From NCBI GenBank assembly GCA_043803765.1, contig JAZDJQ010000015.1, forward strand, positions 1-15,915: a stretch of DNA of 15,915 nucleotides. The letters run 5' to 3'. Shown here piece by piece: positions 12,932 to 15,915 of this stretch; within the stretch, counting starts at the first letter, position 1, and the number at the start of each line of letters is the position of its first letter. This DNA comes from Candidatus Iainarchaeum sp. GTDB lineage: Archaea; Iainarchaeota; Iainarchaeia; Iainarchaeales; VGJJ01. The position numbers were made by a program, and so were the translations under genes. A model generated the notes under the pieces. The model made no database searches. It saw nothing but the letters and a program-made list of their open reading frames with translations, and was not told the DNA's origin.

Positions 12932-15628
12932 ATGCCTTATTCTCGTGAGGAGAAATGGATTGCCCGTTGGAAAGAGTCAAAAATATTTCAGCCTTTTCCT
13001 AATCCGGACAAAAAGAAGTTTTTCCTTACCGTTCCGTATGCCTATCCTACAGGGCCGTTGCACGTAGGACATGGAAGAACGTATACAAACGGAGATGTGA
13101 TGGCTCGTTTTCATCGCATTAAAGGAGAGAATGTTTGGTGGCCAATGGGTTTTCACGTAACGGGAACGCCTGTTCTTGCAGTGAGCGATGCGATTAAACG
13201 GGGAGATGAGGATACGCGCCGATTATATCGGGAATATCTTTCCATTTATGAAAAAGACGCGCAGCGTGTGGAAACACTTCTTGCGTCATTTGCTAATCCG
13301 CAAAATGTGGCGGATTATTTCTCAGCCCATATTTCGGATGATTTGGATAAGATAGGGGCGTCGATTGATTGGCGTTCCAGTTTTACCACAATGGAATTGG
13401 AATATCAAAAATTTGTGCAGTGGCAATTTAGAAAACTATTTGAGAAAAAAGCACTCGTCAAGGGAAAATATCCCATTCTTTATTCGATTGCAGACAAGAA
13501 TGCAGTAGGAGAAGATGATATTCGCGATGGAGACGTGGACAAAGTTTCGGTTCAATCGTATGAATTGGTTAAGTTTCCTTTTGAGGATTGTTTTTTTGTT
13601 GCATCAACACTTCGTCCGGAAACTCTTTTTGGTGTTACGAACCTATGGGTCAATCCTAAAATAGAATACGTTAAAGTGTATGTGGATGGGGAATCATGGA
13701 TTATTGCCCAGCAGAGCGTTGAAAAACTCGCACAACAGGGGAAAAAAATACTGAATGCTAAAAAAATTGACATTTCACTCTACATTCATAAAAGGGCAGA
13801 ACATCCCCTTAATAGCGGGGAAAAAATCCCTGTTCTTCCCAGTTCATTTGTTTCTGCCGAGAGAGGAACGGGAATAGTATATTCTGTTCCCGGTCATGCT
13901 CCTTGGGATTTTGCCGCATTGAAAGATATTCAGGAAAAAGACTCGCAAACGAGAGGGATTGAGGTGAAATATATTATTCATTCTCCCGATTTTCCACGAA
14001 TGGATGAGTGGTTTGTCCAGCAGAAAAATCCTACGCTTAATCATAAGGATGCATTGCAGCGCATGACAGAGGAAGTGTACAAAAAGGAATTTTATGAAGG
14101 AATAATGAGTCCGGGAAATGCCTCGTTGAGTGGAATGAAAGTGAAGGATGCCGGTGGAAAAATGATTCAATTATTGAAAAAACAGCATCGGCATGATGTA
14201 GTGTATGAGCCTTCGCGCAGAGCCGTTACGCGTTCAGGCAATCCTGTGAGTGTGGCCGTATTAGATGACCAGTGGTTTTTGGATTATTCTTCTCCTGAGT
14301 GGAAGAAAAAAACCCACGCATTGCTTGATAGCATGACAGTTTATCCTTCTCATTTCAAGAAGGCTATTTCGGATGCCATTGATTGGCTTGAAAAACGTCC
14401 CTGTATTAGGAAAAGAGGACTTGGAACGCCTTTTCCTTTTGATGAGAATTGGATGATTGAACCCTTATCGGATTCCACAATGTATATGGTATTCTATGTG
14501 TTAATTCCTCATCTTCGTTCGATGCGAATAAATAGTGCTGATTTGGACGATGCATTTTTTGATCATGCCATTTTAGGGAAGAAACTCGCATCGAATGATA
14601 CTCGCTTTGCGATAGCAGAACGCGCGAATAAGGATTTAGAATATTGGTATCCGAATGATGTTCGGCATACCGCTCCTGCGCATATCTCCAATCATATTTC
14701 GTTCTTCCTTTTCACGCATACGTTATTGCTGAAAGAAAAATATTGGCCCAAATCCCTCACATTCAATGAAATGCTCGTACGAAATGGAATTAAAATGTCT
14801 AAGTCTAAAGGAAATGTTATTCCATTACAGCACGGGGTAAAAGAGTATGGTGCTGACCTTCTGCGTTTGTTTACTATTTCATCTGCTGGATTTGAGCGTG
14901 TGGCCGATTGGCGGGACAATCAAGTTCCGCAAGTGAAGAAAAAGTTGGAAGAAATGGAAGTTATTTTGCGGAGTGCGGCAACCTCGACGAACACGATGCA
15001 TTCCCCCGAAACGGAATGGTTGGTTGAAATTTTGCGCAAGCGGTTAGGCGAAGGATATGATGCATACGAAAAAATGGAATTCATGTCGGCTTCCCAGAAA
15101 ATATTTTTTGAAATGCTCAACGAGATAAAGCGGTTTAGAAAAGTGTTTGGATTGGATGAGAGTCCTGCCATTAAGCATGTATTAGATGAGTGGATTATTC
15201 TTATTTCTCCTATCACTCCTTTTCTTGCGGAAGAGATGTGGGAAATTGCCCATCATTCGGGTGATTTGACTAAGAAGTATGCCGTGGATGTGGAAAATGA
15301 AAAAGTGTACGTGAATGATATTTCATTTGCAAGCATGCAGTCGTTGAAACGTCCTGATGGAAGTCCTTCTGATGAAATGACTCAACGGGTAGAATTTATT
15401 GAAAAAGTGTTAGGGGACATGGAGCACGTGAAAAAAATGTTAAAGGGAAAAAAACCAATTGCTGCCTACGTGTATAGTGTGGAGGCAAAAGAAACAGCGT
15501 GGTTGAACGCTTCACGTGAACAACTCGCTAAGTATGCTCAAGTGGAAATAAAAATTAATGATGCGCATGACCCGTTGAATAAGAAACAGCGTGCACAGAA
15601 AGGCAAACCCGCATTGTATTTTGAGTGA
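12932..15628 (+). CDS. leuS: Leucine--tRNA ligase, archaeal type
   Basis: HVGH and KMSKS class I motifs, CP1 editing motifs STLRPET and GTGIVYSVPGHAPWD, WMIEPLSDST, C-terminal KPALYFE. TATA-like ATTAATAA at 12901-12908. Confidence 0.97.
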   Translation: MPYSREEKWIARWKESKIFQPFPNPDKKKFFLTVPYAYPTGPLHVGHGRTYTNGDVMARFHRIKGENVWWPMGFHVTGTPVLAVSDAIKRGDEDTRRLYREYLSIYEKDAQRVETLLASFANPQNVADYFSAHISDDLDKIGASIDWRSSFTTMELEYQKFVQWQFRKLFEKKALVKGKYPILYSIADKNAVGEDDIRDGDVDKVSVQSYELVKFPFEDCFFVASTLRPETLFGVTNLWVNPKIEYVKVYVDGESWIIAQQSVEKLAQQGKKILNAKKIDISLYIHKRAEHPLNSGEKIPVLPSSFVSAERGTGIVYSVPGHAPWDFAALKDIQEKDSQTRGIEVKYIIHSPDFPRMDEWFVQQKNPTLNHKDALQRMTEEVYKKEFYEGIMSPGNASLSGMKVKDAGGKMIQLLKKQHRHDVVYEPSRRAVTRSGNPVSVAVLDDQWFLDYSSPEWKKKTHALLDSMTVYPSHFKKAISDAIDWLEKRPCIRKRGLGTPFPFDENWMIEPLSDSTMYMVFYVLIPHLRSMRINSADLDDAFFDHAILGKKLASNDTRFAIAERANKDLEYWYPNDVRHTAPAHISNHISFFLFTHTLLLKEKYWPKSLTFNEMLVRNGIKMSKSKGNVIPLQHGVKEYGADLLRLFTISSAGFERVADWRDNQVPQVKKKLEEMEVILRSAATSTNTMHSPETEWLVEILRKRLGEGYDAYEKMEFMSASQKIFFEMLNEIKRFRKVFGLDESPAIKHVLDEWIILISPITPFLAEEMWEIAHHSGDLTKKYAVDVENEKVYVNDISFASMQSLKRPDGSPSDEMTQRVEFIEKVLGDMEHVKKMLKGKKPIAAYVYSVEAKETAWLNASREQLAKYAQVEIKINDAHDPLNKKQRAQKGKPALYFE

Positions 15629-15683
15629 TTCTTTCTTAGCGAAAGACGGTCTTTTAACAGGTAATAGCTACCATTGCTAAACC

Positions 15684-15788
15684 ATGGACCAATTGATTAA
15701 TCAAACAAAAGAAAAAACCGCAATCTTAAAACCATTCTGGCAGTCACTGTTTTTTTTAAAAGGTATACTTTTAAGGGGGGCTTGTTGA
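15684..15788 (+). CDS. Possible 34-aa peptide or gene remnant
   Basis: MDQLINQTKEKTAILKPFWQSLFFLKGILLRGAC. The ATG lies about 26 nt after TTTTAA (15652-15657), similar to real genes here. No recognisable homology. Confidence 0.25.
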   Translation: MDQLINQTKEKTAILKPFWQSLFFLKGILLRGAC

Positions 15789-15793
15789 AATCC

Positions 15794-15837
15794 TTTATAA
15801 ATAGCCTAAAATAGGAGGTTTTGCCTCCTACTTTAGG
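15794..15837 (+). promoter_or_regulatory. TATA box followed directly by a long inverted repeat (operator or 5' hairpin)
   Basis: TTTATAAATA at 15794-15803, then CCTAAAATAGGAGG (15805-15818) and CCTCCTACTTTAGG (15824-15837), complementary at 13 of 14 positions. Confidence 0.6.
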
Positions 15838-15847
15838 TGGTTTTCGT

Positions 15848-15915
15848 ATGAGTATTCTGATTCCTGTCGAATATAATTCCTTCTATTCGCTCGCGGAGCG
15901 AGCCTTTAGCGAGGC
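15848..15915 (+). CDS. Possible 5' end of a gene running off the window
   Basis: ATG preceded by SD-like AGGTGG (15835-15840) and a TATA box. The frame is open to the end (MSILIPVEYNSFYSLAERAFSE). Confidence 0.4.
   Translation, partial: MSILIPVEYNSFYSLAERAFSE

Noticed and set aside
13460-14260. Lack of Zn-binding cysteines flanking the LeuRS CP1 domain
   Set aside because: As recalled, Cys-free versions also occur in other archaeal LeuRS such as Pyrococcus, so this is not distinctive.
5816-15216. Many antisense or alternate-frame ORFs within alaS, the methyltransferase, pyrB and leuS
   Set aside because: They overlap strongly supported genes and have no motifs.
1-15915. CRISPR array, rRNA, tRNA intron, or recoded stop codons
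   Set aside because: No regularly spaced repeats or rRNA motifs were seen, the tRNA is uninterrupted, and conserved genes read intact with the standard code.

Overview
Archaeal chromosomal window. Archaeal-type AlaRS, LeuRS and RNase P RNA, TATA-box promoters about 23-35 nt before the starts, a CCA-less tRNA and basic ORFans point to a DPANN-type archaeon (inference, not verified). In order: the 3' end of an IS4/IS5-type transposase with its terminal repeat, followed by the startless 3' part of a probable surface glycoprotein gene; a DUF333 lipoprotein; a DEDDy exonuclease; two hypothetical proteins; an RNase P RNA that the ORF track misses; a C39 peptidase; tRNA-Leu(GAG); an AT-richer DsrE + HAD pair; DUF1761; alaS; an AbrB-VapC toxin-antitoxin module with a visible operator; an RlmD/TrmA-family m5U methyltransferase; a Ca2+/cation antiporter; pyrB; a HExxH metallopeptidase; leuS; and a palindrome-rich end. 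The main finding is the RNase P RNA, which by hand folding lacks P6, P8, P16 and P17 (type M-like) and lies in a tRNA-centred neighbourhood. No clearly new multi-gene system can be shown from sequence alone. All folds and alignments were done by eye.
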